Shown: in pieces, positions 38,162 to 48,300 of the stretch
Layout of the letters: each line of letters opens with the position of its first letter
Position numbering within the stretch: position 1 is the stretch's first letter
Source: Candidatus Latescibacterota bacterium
GTDB taxonomy: Bacteria; Latescibacterota; UBA2968; UBA8231
Assembly (NCBI GenBank): GCA_965219385.1
Contig: CBDCNM010000002.1
Coordinates: forward strand, 2,040,936 to 2,104,935
Reading direction: 5' to 3'
Length of the DNA stretch: 64,000 bases
Translations under genes and position numbers: made by a program
Notes under the pieces: generated by a model
What the model was told of the DNA's origin: nothing
What the model saw: the letters and a program-made list of their open reading frames with translations, nothing else
Database searches by the model: none

Positions 38162-39451
38162 ATGCCTGATTTCAATACCATAGACGAAATCATAGAAAAC
38201 CTGCAAAACGGCGAGATGGTGGTGCTGGTCGACGAACGGGACCTGGACGTGGACGGCGCCGAACGGGTCGGCGAAGGCGAATTGATGATGCTGGCCGAAC
38301 GGGTGACGTCCGAATCCATCAATTTTATGGTGCGCCATGCCGGCGGCCCGCTCAACGTGCCCGCCGACCAGCAAAGGATCGAGACCCTCGGTCTGGAGAG
38401 GATGCCCGGAGGCCGGGCCCCCCGAGGGGCTTCCGTCATGGTCTCGGTAAACGCCACCCCCATCGAAGGCACCGGCGTTTCGGCCCACGATCGCGCCCTG
38501 ACCATCCGCCGGCTGGCCGACCCCCACAGCAGCGCGGAGAACTTCGTCCAGCCCGGACACGTGACCCCGCTTCAGGCGCGAACCGGCGGCGTGCTGAAAA
38601 GGGCCGGTCACACCGAGGCCGCGGTGGACCTGGCGCGCCTGGCCGGATGCCAGCCCGTCAGTCTCATCTCGGCCATCCTCGACCACAGCGGCGAAGTGGC
38701 TTCCACCCCTTACCTGCTGGACTTTGCCCGCAAGCACGGGTTCAAAATCGCCACCATCAAAGACCTGATCGCCTATCGCCGCCGCACCGAAAAATTGATC
38801 GCGCTCGAGACCCGGGCCGTCATGCCCACGCGCCATGGCCAATTCACGGTCTACGCCTACCGCAGCCTGGTGGACGACAACCCCTATATCGCCCTGGTCA
38901 TGGGCGATGTCAGCGACGGGAGGGACACCCTGGTGCGCATGCACTCCGGCTGCCTGACCGGCGATGTCCTGGGCTCCTACCTGTGCGACTGCGGCGAGCA
39001 GCTCGAACGCGCCCTGGAAATGATCGCCGCCGAGGGCAGGGGCGTGATCGTCTACATCCAGCACCACGAGGGCCGCGGCATTGGCATCTTCCACAAGCTC
39101 AAGGCCTACGAACTCCAGCAACGCGAGGGGCTGGACACCGTAGAAGCCAACCACGCCCTGGGGCTACCCATGGATCCGCGCGACTACGGCATCGGCGCTC
39201 AGGTGCTCTACGATCTAGGGGTGCGAAGGGTGCGCTCGCTGACCAATAACCCCCAAAAGAGGGTAGGGCTGGAAGCCTACGGGCTCAAGCTGGTGGAACA
39301 GGTGCCGATCGCCGCCTCGCCGAATCCCCACAACATCGAATACCTGCGCACCAAACAGGACAAGATGGGACACACCACCCTGCTGGGAGCGCAAGAGGCG
39401 TCCAGCGAGCCGCCCGGCAGAGGAGATCGAGATAATGCCCAGAGTGTATGA
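38162..39451 (+). CDS. ribBA: Bifunctional DHBP synthase/GTP cyclohydrolase II; DHBP half divergent
   Basis: [25 protein letters not shown] motifs [23 protein letters not shown]. Confidence 0.92.
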   Translation: MPDFNTIDEIIENLQNGEMVVLVDERDLDVDGAERVGEGELMMLAERVTSESINFMVRHAGGPLNVPADQQRIETLGLERMPGGRAPRGASVMVSVNATPIEGTGVSAHDRALTIRRLADPHSSAENFVQPGHVTPLQARTGGVLKRAGHTEAAVDLARLAGCQPVSLISAILDHSGEVASTPYLLDFARKHGFKIATIKDLIAYRRRTEKLIALETRAVMPTRHGQFTVYAYRSLVDDNPYIALVMGDVSDGRDTLVRMHSGCLTGDVLGSYLCDCGEQLERALEMIAAEGRGVIVYIQHHEGRGIGIFHKLKAYELQQREGLDTVEANHALGLPMDPRDYGIGAQVLYDLGVRRVRSLTNNPQKRVGLEAYGLKLVEQVPIAASPNPHNIEYLRTKQDKMGHTTLLGAQEASSEPPGRGDRDNAQSV

Positions 39452-39902
39452 AGGAAAACTTGCGGCCCAAGGCAAGAAATTCGGGATTGTGGTCAGCCGT
39501 TTCAACGACTTGGTGACCACCAGGCTTCTCGAAGGAGCCCTGGACTGTCTGAAGCGCCACGGCGCGGAGGAGGAGGACATCGAGATCGCCTGGGTGCCGG
39601 GCTCCTTCGAGTTGCCCCTGGCGGCTCAGAAGATGGCGGCCGCCGGACGCTTTGCCGTGGTCATCTGCCTGGGGGCCATCGTCCGCAGTTCCACCCCGCA
39701 TTTCGACTTTGTCGCCAGCGAGGCCGCCAAGGGCATTGCCCGGGTAGGGTTGGACAGCGGCATCCCTGTGACCTTTGGGGTCATCACCGCGGATACCGTG
39801 GAGCAGGCCATCGAGCGGGCCGGAGTCCGGGCCGGCAACCGCGGCTGGGACGCCGCGCTCAATGCGATCGAAATGGCCACCTTGATGGACGAGCTTTCCT
39901 GA
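39435..39902 (+). CDS. ribH: 6,7-dimethyl-8-ribityllumazine synthase
   Basis: [30 protein letters not shown]. Confidence 0.96.
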   Translation: MPRVYEGKLAAQGKKFGIVVSRFNDLVTTRLLEGALDCLKRHGAEEEDIEIAWVPGSFELPLAAQKMAAAGRFAVVICLGAIVRSSTPHFDFVASEAAKGIARVGLDSGIPVTFGVITADTVEQAIERAGVRAGNRGWDAALNAIEMATLMDELS

Positions 39903-39903
39903 A

Positions 39904-40377
39904 ATGTCGGCACGGAATTTCGCGGCGGACTTCGAAGAAGACCCGGAGTCGTACCAGCCGCCGCCGAACAATCGCCGCGGCGCCCGCCAGGTAGCCCTGC
40001 AGGCACTCTACTGGGATGCCAGCTCGCCGGGCACGGCTGCGGTGGCCGTGCGGGAACTAATCCGGCGCTTCGCGCTTTCAGAAGAGGTCGGCGCCTTTGC
40101 CACCGCGCTGGTCCACACCGTCGGCGAGCACGGCCGCGAACTGGAGGAGTTGATCGCGGCCAACGCCACCCATTGGAAGCAGGACCGCATCGCCCGGATC
40201 GACGGGATCATCCTGCGCCTGGCTCTGGCCGAAGTCCTCTTCTTGGTAGGGATTCCGGTGCGGGTATCTATCGACGAAGCCATTGAACTGGCCAAGCTCT
40301 ACAGCACCGAACAGTCCTATGGTTTCATCAACGGCATCCTGGACGCCATCGTGCACCAGAGGGGACTGCCTGTATAA
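39904..40377 (+). CDS. nusB: Transcription antitermination factor NusB
   Basis: RRGARQVALQALY, ILRLA, IDEAIELAKLY, FINGILD; follows ribH. Confidence 0.95.
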   Translation: MSARNFAADFEEDPESYQPPPNNRRGARQVALQALYWDASSPGTAAVAVRELIRRFALSEEVGAFATALVHTVGEHGRELEELIAANATHWKQDRIARIDGIILRLALAEVLFLVGIPVRVSIDEAIELAKLYSTEQSYGFINGILDAIVHQRGLPV

Positions 40378-40386
40378 AAAGGGCTC

Positions 40387-41115
40387 ATGTCCACAGCCAT
40401 ACTCTCAGACATTCACGCCAACCTCGAAGCCCTGGATGGCGTCTGTCGAGCCGGCGATGAACGCCGCGTCGATGCCTGGATATGTCTGGGAGACATCGTC
40501 GGTTATGGCGCCGATCCGGGGGCCTGTCTCACGCGGACCCGCGCCCTGACCGATCAGGTCGTGCTGGGCAACCACGACGCCGCCGCCACCGAGCTGCTGG
40601 ACCTGGCCTATTTTAACGAGTACGCCGCCGCCGCCGCGGTGTGGACGGCCGACCGGTTGGCGCCGGAAGAGCGGGCTTATCTGGCAAACCTGCCTTTGAC
40701 CATAGAAAGTGAGCGCGCCTTTTACGTCCACGCCGAACCGCGCGACCCTGGAAGCTGGGGTTACGTGCACTCCCGCAGCGATGCGCGGGCCGCATTTGCC
40801 GCAGTGCCCACCCAGCTTTGTTTCATCGGCCATTCACACCAGCCCTTTATGTGCGGCCATAACGACGCCGAAATAGAGCTTATCACGGGACCGGGACCTT
40901 TGGAAATAGAGGAAGGGCGACGTTACCTGGTGAACGTAGGCAGCGTCGGGCAACCCCGGGACGGAGACGCCCGCGCCTGTTTCCTGATCTGGGAAGAGGA
41001 AACCGGAACTCTGGAACTAGTCCGCGCCGAGTACGACATACCCACGGCCCAGAAGAAGATCATCGCCGCGGGCCTGCCGGCCTTTCTGGCCGAACGCCTG
41101 GCGTTTGGTCATTAA
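40387..41115 (+). CDS. Metallophosphoesterase family protein
   Basis: SDIHAN, LGDIVGYG, GNHD, GHSH, NVGSVGQPRDG. Confidence 0.9.
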   Translation: MSTAILSDIHANLEALDGVCRAGDERRVDAWICLGDIVGYGADPGACLTRTRALTDQVVLGNHDAAATELLDLAYFNEYAAAAAVWTADRLAPEERAYLANLPLTIESERAFYVHAEPRDPGSWGYVHSRSDARAAFAAVPTQLCFIGHSHQPFMCGHNDAEIELITGPGPLEIEEGRRYLVNVGSVGQPRDGDARACFLIWEEETGTLELVRAEYDIPTAQKKIIAAGLPAFLAERLAFGH

Positions 41116-41132
41116 AATACCGAGGAACCGTC

Positions 41133-44100
41133 ATGTTTGGTGCATTGGGGAAAAAAATATTCGGCTCTCAGGCGGAACGCGAATTTAAAAAGATCGTTCC
41201 CCAAATTCGGGAAATCAATCGCTTCGCCGCCGATTTCCAGGCCCTGAGCGCAGAGCAACTGCAGGGCAAGACCGCACAGTTCAAGGCCCTGCTGCAGGAG
41301 CGGACCAGGGTTCAGCAAGAACAACTGAGTCAGATCGAAGAGCAACTCCGCGGCGACCTGGAACCAGAGGAACGCGAATACTCCAACGACGAACTGGAGC
41401 GCCTGGACCAGGAAATCCGCGACCTCGAGGCCGGGGTCCTGGACGAGATCGCCCCCCAGGCCTTCGCCTTGGTCAAGGAGGCCTGTAGCCGCCTGCTCGG
41501 TCAACAGTGGGAGGTCGTCGGCACCACCGAGGAGTGGTACATGTTGCCCTACGACGTCCAGCTCTTCGGCGCCCTCGTCTTGCACCAGGGCAAGATTGCC
41601 GAAATGGCCACCGGAGAGGGCAAGACCCTGGTGGCCACCATGCCGCTCTACCTCAACGCCCTGGCCGGCCGCGGCGTCCACCTGATCACCCACAACAACT
41701 ACCTGGCCAAGCGCGACGCCATGTGGATGGGGCCGATCTACAATTACCTGGGCCTGTCCGTGGGGGTCATCCAGGACGCCCGCCAGACCGGCGGTGCCGA
41801 GGCCTACCTGCTGCCCGCGCCCGCCGCCGTGCCGCGGGAATACCTCTGGGAGGAGGCCACCCTCCAGCAGGCCTATGGGGCCGATATCGTCTACGTCACC
41901 AACGACCAGGTCGGCTTCCATTACCTGTACGACAACATGGCCACGCGGCGCGAAGACATCATGCAGCGCGAATTCAACTACGCCATTGTCGACGAGGCCG
42001 ACAGCAACCTGATCGACGAAGCCCGCACCCCCCTGATCATCTCCGGGCCGATGCCCGAGACCACCAATCGCTACGCCGAACTCAAGCCCCTGGTCGAAAA
42101 ACTCATACGCGCCCAGAACTCCCTGGTCAACCGGATCATCGCCGAGGCCGAGAAGAATCGCGGCGATGACCAGGGCCAGGACGAATACGATATCGGCATC
42201 GAACTGCTCAAAGCCGTGCGCGGCGCGCCCAAAAACCGCCGTCTCATGAAGGTCCTTCAGGAAGAAGGCATCAAGCGCCTGATCGCGCGGGTGGAAGCCG
42301 ACTACATGCGCGACAAGCGCCTGAGCGAAATCGACGAAGCCCTCTACTACGTGGTGGACGAGAAGAACCACACCATCGACCTGACGGAGAAGGGCCGGGA
42401 CCTGCTGTCCCCCGACGAGCAGGCCCTCTTCGTCCTGTCCGACCTGGGTGAAGAGATCGAGAAGATTCGCCAGGATGAAAGTCTCGACGAGCAGGAAAAA
42501 CAGCTCGCAGAGGACAAGGCCCACCGGCAGCACCAGCAGCAGAGCGAGAGCGTCCACAACATCAACCAGCTCATGCGGGCCTATTCCCTGTTCGAAAAAG
42601 ACGTCCAGTACATGGTCACCGACGACCGCAGGGTGGTGATCGTGGACGAGTCCACGGGCCGGCCGCAGCCGGGAAGGCGTTTTTCCGAGGGGTTGCACCA
42701 GGCCCTCGAGGCCAAGGAAGGCGTCAAGATCGAACAGGCGATGCAGACCGTCGCCACCATTACCGTGCAGAATCTCTTTCGCCTGTATCACAAGCTGGCG
42801 GGCATGACCGGAACCGCCGAGACCGAGGCCGGCGAGCTGTGGACCATCTACAAACTGGACGTGGCCGTGGTGCCCACCAACCGCCCGGTGCGACGGGTGG
42901 ACCAGGACGACCAGATCTTCCGCACCAAACGCGAAAAATACAACGCCATCATCGACGAAATCGTCCGCCTGCACCAGCTCGACCTGCCGGTCCTGGTAGG
43001 CACGGTCCCGGTCGAAGTCTCCGAGTTGATCAGCCGCATGCTGACCCGCCAGGGCATCCAGCACCAGTTGCTCAACGCCCGCTACCACGAAAAGGAAGCC
43101 CAGATCATCGCCCAGGCCGGCCAGCCCGGCACCGTGACCATCGCCACCAACATGGCCGGTCGCGGCACCGATATCAAGCTGGTGCCCGAAGTGGTCAGGC
43201 TGGACCAGGAAATCATTCTTTCGGACACCACCCTGGACGATGCGCATTCCTCCGGCGAAACCCTGCGCGATTACCTGACCGAAAACCCCTGCGGCCTCCA
43301 GGTGATCGGCACCGAGCGCCACGATTCGCGGCGCATCGACCGGCAGCTGCGGGGGCGTTCCGGCCGCCAGGGCGACCCGGGGGCCTCGCGGTTCTTTCTG
43401 TCCCTCGAAGACGATTTGATGCGGCTCTTCGGCTCCGAGCGCATCGCCTCGGTCATGGACCGGCTGGGCGCCGAGGAGGGCGAAGTCATCGAGCACTCCA
43501 TGGTCACCCGCTCCATCGAACGGGCCCAGAAAAAGGTGGAGGCCCGCGACTTTGAAATGCGCAAGCACCTGCTGGAGTACGACGACGTGATGAACCAGCA
43601 GCGCCAGGTGATCTACAACCGCCGGCGCGACATGCTGGAACGCAACTCGGTACGCGACCAGGTCCAAGAGATGATCGAGGAGACCATTGACGCCCTGCTG
43701 GCCGGGTACGCGGATCCGCAAATCCATCCCGAAGAATGGGCCTGGGAGGATTTCAGCAGCGAGTTCAGCAACGCCTTTTTTCTGGTACTGCCCTATACCA
43801 CGGAGGAGCGCGCCCAGACCAATCCGGACGAGCTGCGAACCCGCCTGATAACCAGTGTGGAGGAAGCCTACCAGCGCCGGGTCCAGGTGGTGGGCGAAGA
43901 GACCTTTCGAGAAGTGGAAAAGGCCCTCCTGCTGCACACTATTGACACCTGCTGGCAGGAACATCTCTACGAAATGGACGAGTTGAAGGATGGCGTCGGC
44001 TTTGCCGGCGTGGGAGGCAAGAACCCCCTCATCGAGTACAAAAAAGGCGCCTACGAAATGTTCGAGAGCCTGATCGAGCGCATCAATCTGGAGACCCTGC

Positions 44101-44420
44101 GCAGCCTCTTTCAGCTGCGCGTGGACGTGGAGGAACCCAAGTTTGGACCCGTGGCCCAGAATCGCGCCGGTGGCCACAGGCTGATTCACCGGGAGGCTAC
44201 CAATCTGGGCTTCAGCGGGGTGTCGGCAAGCACCGACGGTGAGGATCTGACCGGACGGCGGCCCTCCCGCCGGCAAGAGTTTTCGACCTCGGGAGGGGAT
44301 GAGAGAGAAGCCCCGGCCGCCCAGCAGCCGGTGCGCGTGGGGCCCAAGGTGGGCCGCAATGCACCGTGCCCTTGCGGCAGCGGCAAAAAGTACAAAAGAT
44401 GCTGCGGTCGCGCGGCCTGA
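41133..44420 (+). CDS. secA: Preprotein translocase ATPase SecA
   Basis: EMATGEGKT, DEADS, GMTGTA, ATNMAGRGTDI, QLRGRSGRQGDPG, C-terminal SEC-C CPCGSGKKYKRCC. Confidence 0.97.
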   Translation: MFGALGKKIFGSQAEREFKKIVPQIREINRFAADFQALSAEQLQGKTAQFKALLQERTRVQQEQLSQIEEQLRGDLEPEEREYSNDELERLDQEIRDLEAGVLDEIAPQAFALVKEACSRLLGQQWEVVGTTEEWYMLPYDVQLFGALVLHQGKIAEMATGEGKTLVATMPLYLNALAGRGVHLITHNNYLAKRDAMWMGPIYNYLGLSVGVIQDARQTGGAEAYLLPAPAAVPREYLWEEATLQQAYGADIVYVTNDQVGFHYLYDNMATRREDIMQREFNYAIVDEADSNLIDEARTPLIISGPMPETTNRYAELKPLVEKLIRAQNSLVNRIIAEAEKNRGDDQGQDEYDIGIELLKAVRGAPKNRRLMKVLQEEGIKRLIARVEADYMRDKRLSEIDEALYYVVDEKNHTIDLTEKGRDLLSPDEQALFVLSDLGEEIEKIRQDESLDEQEKQLAEDKAHRQHQQQSESVHNINQLMRAYSLFEKDVQYMVTDDRRVVIVDESTGRPQPGRRFSEGLHQALEAKEGVKIEQAMQTVATITVQNLFRLYHKLAGMTGTAETEAGELWTIYKLDVAVVPTNRPVRRVDQDDQIFRTKREKYNAIIDEIVRLHQLDLPVLVGTVPVEVSELISRMLTRQGIQHQLLNARYHEKEAQIIAQAGQPGTVTIATNMAGRGTDIKLVPEVVRLDQEIILSDTTLDDAHSSGETLRDYLTENPCGLQVIGTERHDSRRIDRQLRGRSGRQGDPGASRFFLSLEDDLMRLFGSERIASVMDRLGAEEGEVIEHSMVTRSIERAQKKVEARDFEMRKHLLEYDDVMNQQRQVIYNRRRDMLERNSVRDQVQEMIEETIDALLAGYADPQIHPEEWAWEDFSSEFSNAFFLVLPYTTEERAQTNPDELRTRLITSVEEAYQRRVQVVGEETFREVEKALLLHTIDTCWQEHLYEMDELKDGVGFAGVGGKNPLIEYKKGAYEMFESLIERINLETLRSLFQLRVDVEEPKFGPVAQNRAGGHRLIHREATNLGFSGVSASTDGEDLTGRRPSRRQEFSTSGGDEREAPAAQQPVRVGPKVGRNAPCPCGSGKKYKRCCGRAA

Positions 44421-44451
44421 AAATTTTCCCGAAACCTAAAACAAGGCCCTT

Positions 44452-45948
44452 ATGGAATACTGGCAAATTCTCTGTCTAGTCATCTACTGCACCATCGTAC
44501 TCCTGCTCAGCATCTACGGCTTCCACCGCTACCTGATGATGCGGTTGTTCTACCGGCACCGCCGGGATCTCTCCGCCCCCAAAGCCCACTTCGAGACCCT
44601 GCCCTGCGTCACCGTTCAGCTGCCCATGTACAACGAGTTCCACGTCGTCGAACGACTCCTCGAAGCAGTGGCCCGAATCGACTATCCCCGCGACCGCCTG
44701 CAGGTCCAGGTCCTGGATGATTCCCAGGATGAAACCCGGGAAAAGGCCCGCCTGATCATAGAACGACTCGCCGCCCAGGGGCTCGACATCGAGTACATGA
44801 ACCGCGAATCTCGCAAGGGTTTCAAAGCCGGCGCCCTCGCCGCCGGCCTGATGCGGGCCCGGGGTGAGTTCATCCTCATCCTCGACGCGGATTTCGTCCC
44901 CCCTCCCCGGATCCTGCACCAGTGCATCCACTACTTTACCGATCCGGAGATCGGCATGGTGCAGATGCGCTGGGGCCATCTGAACCGCACCTATTCGTTG
45001 CTGACGCGGATTCAATCCATCTTCCTGGATGGCCACTTCATGATCGAACATACGGCGCGCAACCGCTCCGGCCGCTTCTTCAACTTCAACGGCACGGCCG
45101 GGGTCTGGCGCAAGCGCGCCATCGACGAGGCCGGAGGCTGGCACTACGATACCTTGACCGAGGACCTGGACCTGAGCTACCGGGCCCAGCTGCAGGGCTG
45201 GAAGTTCCTGTTTCTACCCGAGATCGAGGTGCCAGGTGAAATCCCGGTGGAGATGAACGCCTTCAAGCTGCAGCAGCACCGCTGGACCAAGGGCGCAGTG
45301 CAGACGGGCAAGAAACTCCTGCCGCGGATCTGGCGGAGCCCCCTGCCCCTGCCGGTCAAAATCGAGGCCACCTTCCATCTCACAGCCCATATCTGCTATA
45401 TCCTGATGCTGTTGATGGCTCTTTTGACCCTGCCGGTGCTGAGCATCCGTGCTCTGATGGGCTGGGAAAGGCTGCTGATTATCGATCTGCCGCTGTTTTC
45501 GCTGGCGACCATGGCCATTTCCGGATTCTACCTGACCTCTCAGCGCGCCCTCTATCCCAGCTGGAAGAAACAGATCAAGTACCTGCCCATGCTCATGGCT
45601 CTGGGCATGGGCATGTGCATCAACAATACCCGGGCCGTGATCGAGGGCCTGATCGGCCATCAGAGCGGTTTCCGGCGCACCCCCAAGTACGGGGTAATGG
45701 CCCGGCGGGACCGTCCGCAAAAGCACAAGTACTCGGGCATGAGAAACGTTCTGGCCGTCTTTGAACTTTCCATGTCCGTCTACTTCATTTTTGCCATCTA
45801 CCTGGCCTGGACCAGCGGCCTTTATCCAGGCCTTCCCTTTCTCCTTCTCTTCCAGCTGGGTTTCCTCTATTCGGGCTCGATGTCGGCCCTGCAACCCTGG
45901 GGCTACCTGGCCAGGGTGCACCAGACGCGCTGGCGCCTTGCTTCCTAA
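44452..45948 (+). CDS. Processive GT2 glycosyltransferase (cellulose-synthase-like)
   Basis: QLPMYNE, DDS, KAGAL, DAD, LTEDLD, QQHRW (QxxRW), several TM segments. Confidence 0.92.
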   Translation: MEYWQILCLVIYCTIVLLLSIYGFHRYLMMRLFYRHRRDLSAPKAHFETLPCVTVQLPMYNEFHVVERLLEAVARIDYPRDRLQVQVLDDSQDETREKARLIIERLAAQGLDIEYMNRESRKGFKAGALAAGLMRARGEFILILDADFVPPPRILHQCIHYFTDPEIGMVQMRWGHLNRTYSLLTRIQSIFLDGHFMIEHTARNRSGRFFNFNGTAGVWRKRAIDEAGGWHYDTLTEDLDLSYRAQLQGWKFLFLPEIEVPGEIPVEMNAFKLQQHRWTKGAVQTGKKLLPRIWRSPLPLPVKIEATFHLTAHICYILMLLMALLTLPVLSIRALMGWERLLIIDLPLFSLATMAISGFYLTSQRALYPSWKKQIKYLPMLMALGMGMCINNTRAVIEGLIGHQSGFRRTPKYGVMARRDRPQKHKYSGMRNVLAVFELSMSVYFIFAIYLAWTSGLYPGLPFLLLFQLGFLYSGSMSALQPWGYLARVHQTRWRLAS

Positions 45949-46221
45949 TTTGTCAATTGGCGGATAAGGTGCTCATTGGTCCCCTATTTTCCCCTTTGGG
46001 TCGCCCTCTTCTGGCCCACATCGAGCCGGAATGGTGCCGTACGTTCCGAAGAAACCGCGCATTAGCGGAAACAAAAAGATTTCAAGGCTTGCGGGAATCT
46101 GCTGAAAAATAGGGGGGCTTGTGGAACCAGCACTGTCAATCGACAAAGCAATGATGAGCCCCCACCCTCGAAAAGAGCGGAGGCTTTGCGATAAAACCCT
46201 GTTGGCGGATTCGGCGGCGGC

Positions 46222-46710
46222 TCAGTCAGTCCACGGCAGGGCGTATTCGCTGCCCTTTTCGTAGGAGAATCCCTTGCGGGCCAGCAGCACCTCGATGGAG
46301 GGATAAACCCGGCCCCGGATATCCCGCCGCAGGTTGCGCAAGCCGATCACCACGGAGTGGGCCTGACGGTTCAGATCCCCGGTGAGATCCCGAGCCAGAC
46401 GCCTGGCATCGTTGAAGCTGCGGCCGTAGAGCTTGTGGATATTCCTCAACCCGCTGCTCTCTCTGGGCTCCTCTAGGGCCGCCAGGGCCGCGGCATAGTC
46501 ATCCACCAGCTGGCGGGCGGCGTTCACCTCGCTCTCCATCTTCTGTATGCTGGGATCGTCGAACTGGATGATGTAGGCCTCGATCTTCTGGTTGTACTGA
46601 TTGAACTTCTGGATGGCCTTCACGTACCCTGTAAGTTCGGCGATTTCACCTTCATCACTGCATCCCCACAGACCCAGGACAAGAGCACAGACTGCAAGCC
46701 GACGTAACAT
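46222..46710 (-). CDS. Hypothetical lipoprotein
   Basis: MLRRLAVCALVLGLWGC lipobox, GGAGG SD, helical body. Confidence 0.75.
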   Translation of the reverse strand: MLRRLAVCALVLGLWGCSDEGEIAELTGYVKAIQKFNQYNQKIEAYIIQFDDPSIQKMESEVNAARQLVDDYAAALAALEEPRESSGLRNIHKLYGRSFNDARRLARDLTGDLNRQAHSVVIGLRNLRRDIRGRVYPSIEVLLARKGFSYEKGSEYALPWTD

Positions 46711-47026
46711 ATCAACCTCCCCAGTTGAGGTTTTTTATGGTAAGTTTGAGATTGGTCCAGTTTTCGTCAGATACTCAAAAACAGCACAAACATACATCGG
46801 AAACAAGAGAAAATCAAGCGATACGTAATATATAAGCATTCAAACACATTAAAAATAAAAACTTAAGATATATCCCAAGTATCGATTTTGAGGTCTGCCA
46901 GGACTTAACCAGGCCGTACTGTTCGGGTCTGCGTGGATTTCCCTGGAAGATCGCGTATATTAAACTGTCTCCGAAGCCCCGGAGCGTGCGCCAGACTCTA
47001 CAACCTCTTCACAGGAGTGCGAAGCT

Positions 47027-47992
47027 TTGATAACGCGCGAACAAATTCGCAACCAGCTGGACAACTGCCTGATGGAAGCCCACTACGAACCCTGGCAGAC
47101 CCACTACCGCAAAGGCAAAGTCAGGGATATGTACCTGCTTCCGGATAAACGCATTCTCATCACCACGGACCGGCAAAGCGCCTTCGACCACGTTCTCGGC
47201 GCCATCCCTTTGAAGGGCCAGGTGCTCAACCGGATTGCCCACTACTGGTTCGAGCAGACCCAGGACTTGGTGCCCAACCAGGTGATTGCCGTACCCGACC
47301 CAAACGTCACTGTGGCCCGGGAACTGGATATGCTGCCGGTGGAAATCGTCGTGCGGCGCTACCTCACCGGCAGCACCGATACCTCGGTGTGGACCCACTA
47401 CAACAGGGGGGTGCGCAGTTTCTGCGGCGTCACCCTGCCCGATGGCATGGTCAAAAACCAGCCTTTCGACGCTTCGATCATCACCCCGACCACCAAGTCC
47501 GAGGACCACGACGAGTCCATCTCGCCGCAGCAGATCGTGGAGCGCGGTCTGGTAGAGAGGGATCTGTGGGCAAAGGTAGAGGCGACCGCCCTGGCGCTGT
47601 TTGCGCGCGGCACTGAACTGGCAGCCCGACAAGGTCTCATACTGGTGGACACCAAATACGAAATGGGACTGGATGCGGAAGGCCGCATCACCATCGCCGA
47701 CGAGATCCACACTCCGGATTCGTCGCGCTACTGGATTTCCGCCACCTACGAGGAACGGCATGCCAGAGGCGAGGAGCCCGAAAGCCTGGACAAGGAATTC
47801 CTGCGCTTGTGGCTCAAAGAGCGCAACATCTCGGACGACAATATTCCCGAACTCGACGACGATATCCGGATTCAGGTGGCCGAGCGCTATATCGACCTTT
47901 TCGAGCGCATCACCGGAACCACCTTTGAGGCCGAACTCGGAGAGGCTCCGGTCGAGAAGCGCATTCAAAAAAATATCGCCGGCTACTTTTAG
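47027..47992 (+). CDS. purC: SAICAR synthetase
   Basis: GKVRDMY, TDRQSAFD, KGQVLN, ITPTTK, LVDTKYE, DEIHTPDSSRYW, DKEFLR. Confidence 0.96.
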   Translation: MITREQIRNQLDNCLMEAHYEPWQTHYRKGKVRDMYLLPDKRILITTDRQSAFDHVLGAIPLKGQVLNRIAHYWFEQTQDLVPNQVIAVPDPNVTVARELDMLPVEIVVRRYLTGSTDTSVWTHYNRGVRSFCGVTLPDGMVKNQPFDASIITPTTKSEDHDESISPQQIVERGLVERDLWAKVEATALALFARGTELAARQGLILVDTKYEMGLDAEGRITIADEIHTPDSSRYWISATYEERHARGEEPESLDKEFLRLWLKERNISDDNIPELDDDIRIQVAERYIDLFERITGTTFEAELGEAPVEKRIQKNIAGYF

Positions 47993-48101
47993 GCCTTGCC
48001 GAAAAATTACTTTTCTGTTTCGGTATTCCGAATTTCGCCGTTCCCCTCTGAAATTCGGAATTTTAGGGCGTGAAAAGGAAAACTTAAATTTCGGCAGAGC
48101 C
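47992..48101. mobile_element. MITE (110 bp), IS5/IS1031-like ends with TTA target duplication
   Basis: TTA|GGCCTTGCCGAAA...TTTCGGCAGAGCC|TTA. Inner perfect inverted repeat ATTCCGAATTTC (48025-48036)/GAAATTCGGAAT (48050-48061). Confidence 0.7.
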
Positions 48102-48108
48102 TTAGCTC

Positions 48109-48300
48109 ATGCTCAAAAACATAATCAGGGCTTTTCTGATCTGCCGCCTGGAACTGCGGCAGCCGTCTATCGACCTGAACCTGGCGCTCTCATCCTGGCT
48201 TCATCGTCCCGCCATCCAGATCCTGCTCGAGGAGGAAGAAGAGCAAGACCAACAACGCGAGCACCTGCTCCACAAACTGGACGAAGTCTATCCCTTCTGA
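48109..48300 (+). CDS. Small hypothetical protein or 3' remnant of a larger gene
   Basis: 63 aa with an acidic helix. TGATG overlap with the next ORF. Starts right after the MITE with no clear SD. Confidence 0.5.
   Translation: MLKNIIRAFLICRLELRQPSIDLNLALSSWLHRPAIQILLEEEEEQDQQREHLLHKLDEVYPF

Noticed and set aside
41112..44276. 1054-aa antisense ORF, and similar long ORFs such as 5312-7402, 8080-10161, 29571-31139 and 37484-39154
   Set aside because: Shadow frames opposite well-supported genes, expected in high-GC DNA, with no recognisable motifs.
46880..47026. Purine/ZTP riboswitch upstream of purC
   Set aside because: No recognisable consensus elements by eye. An Infernal scan would be needed to exclude it fully.
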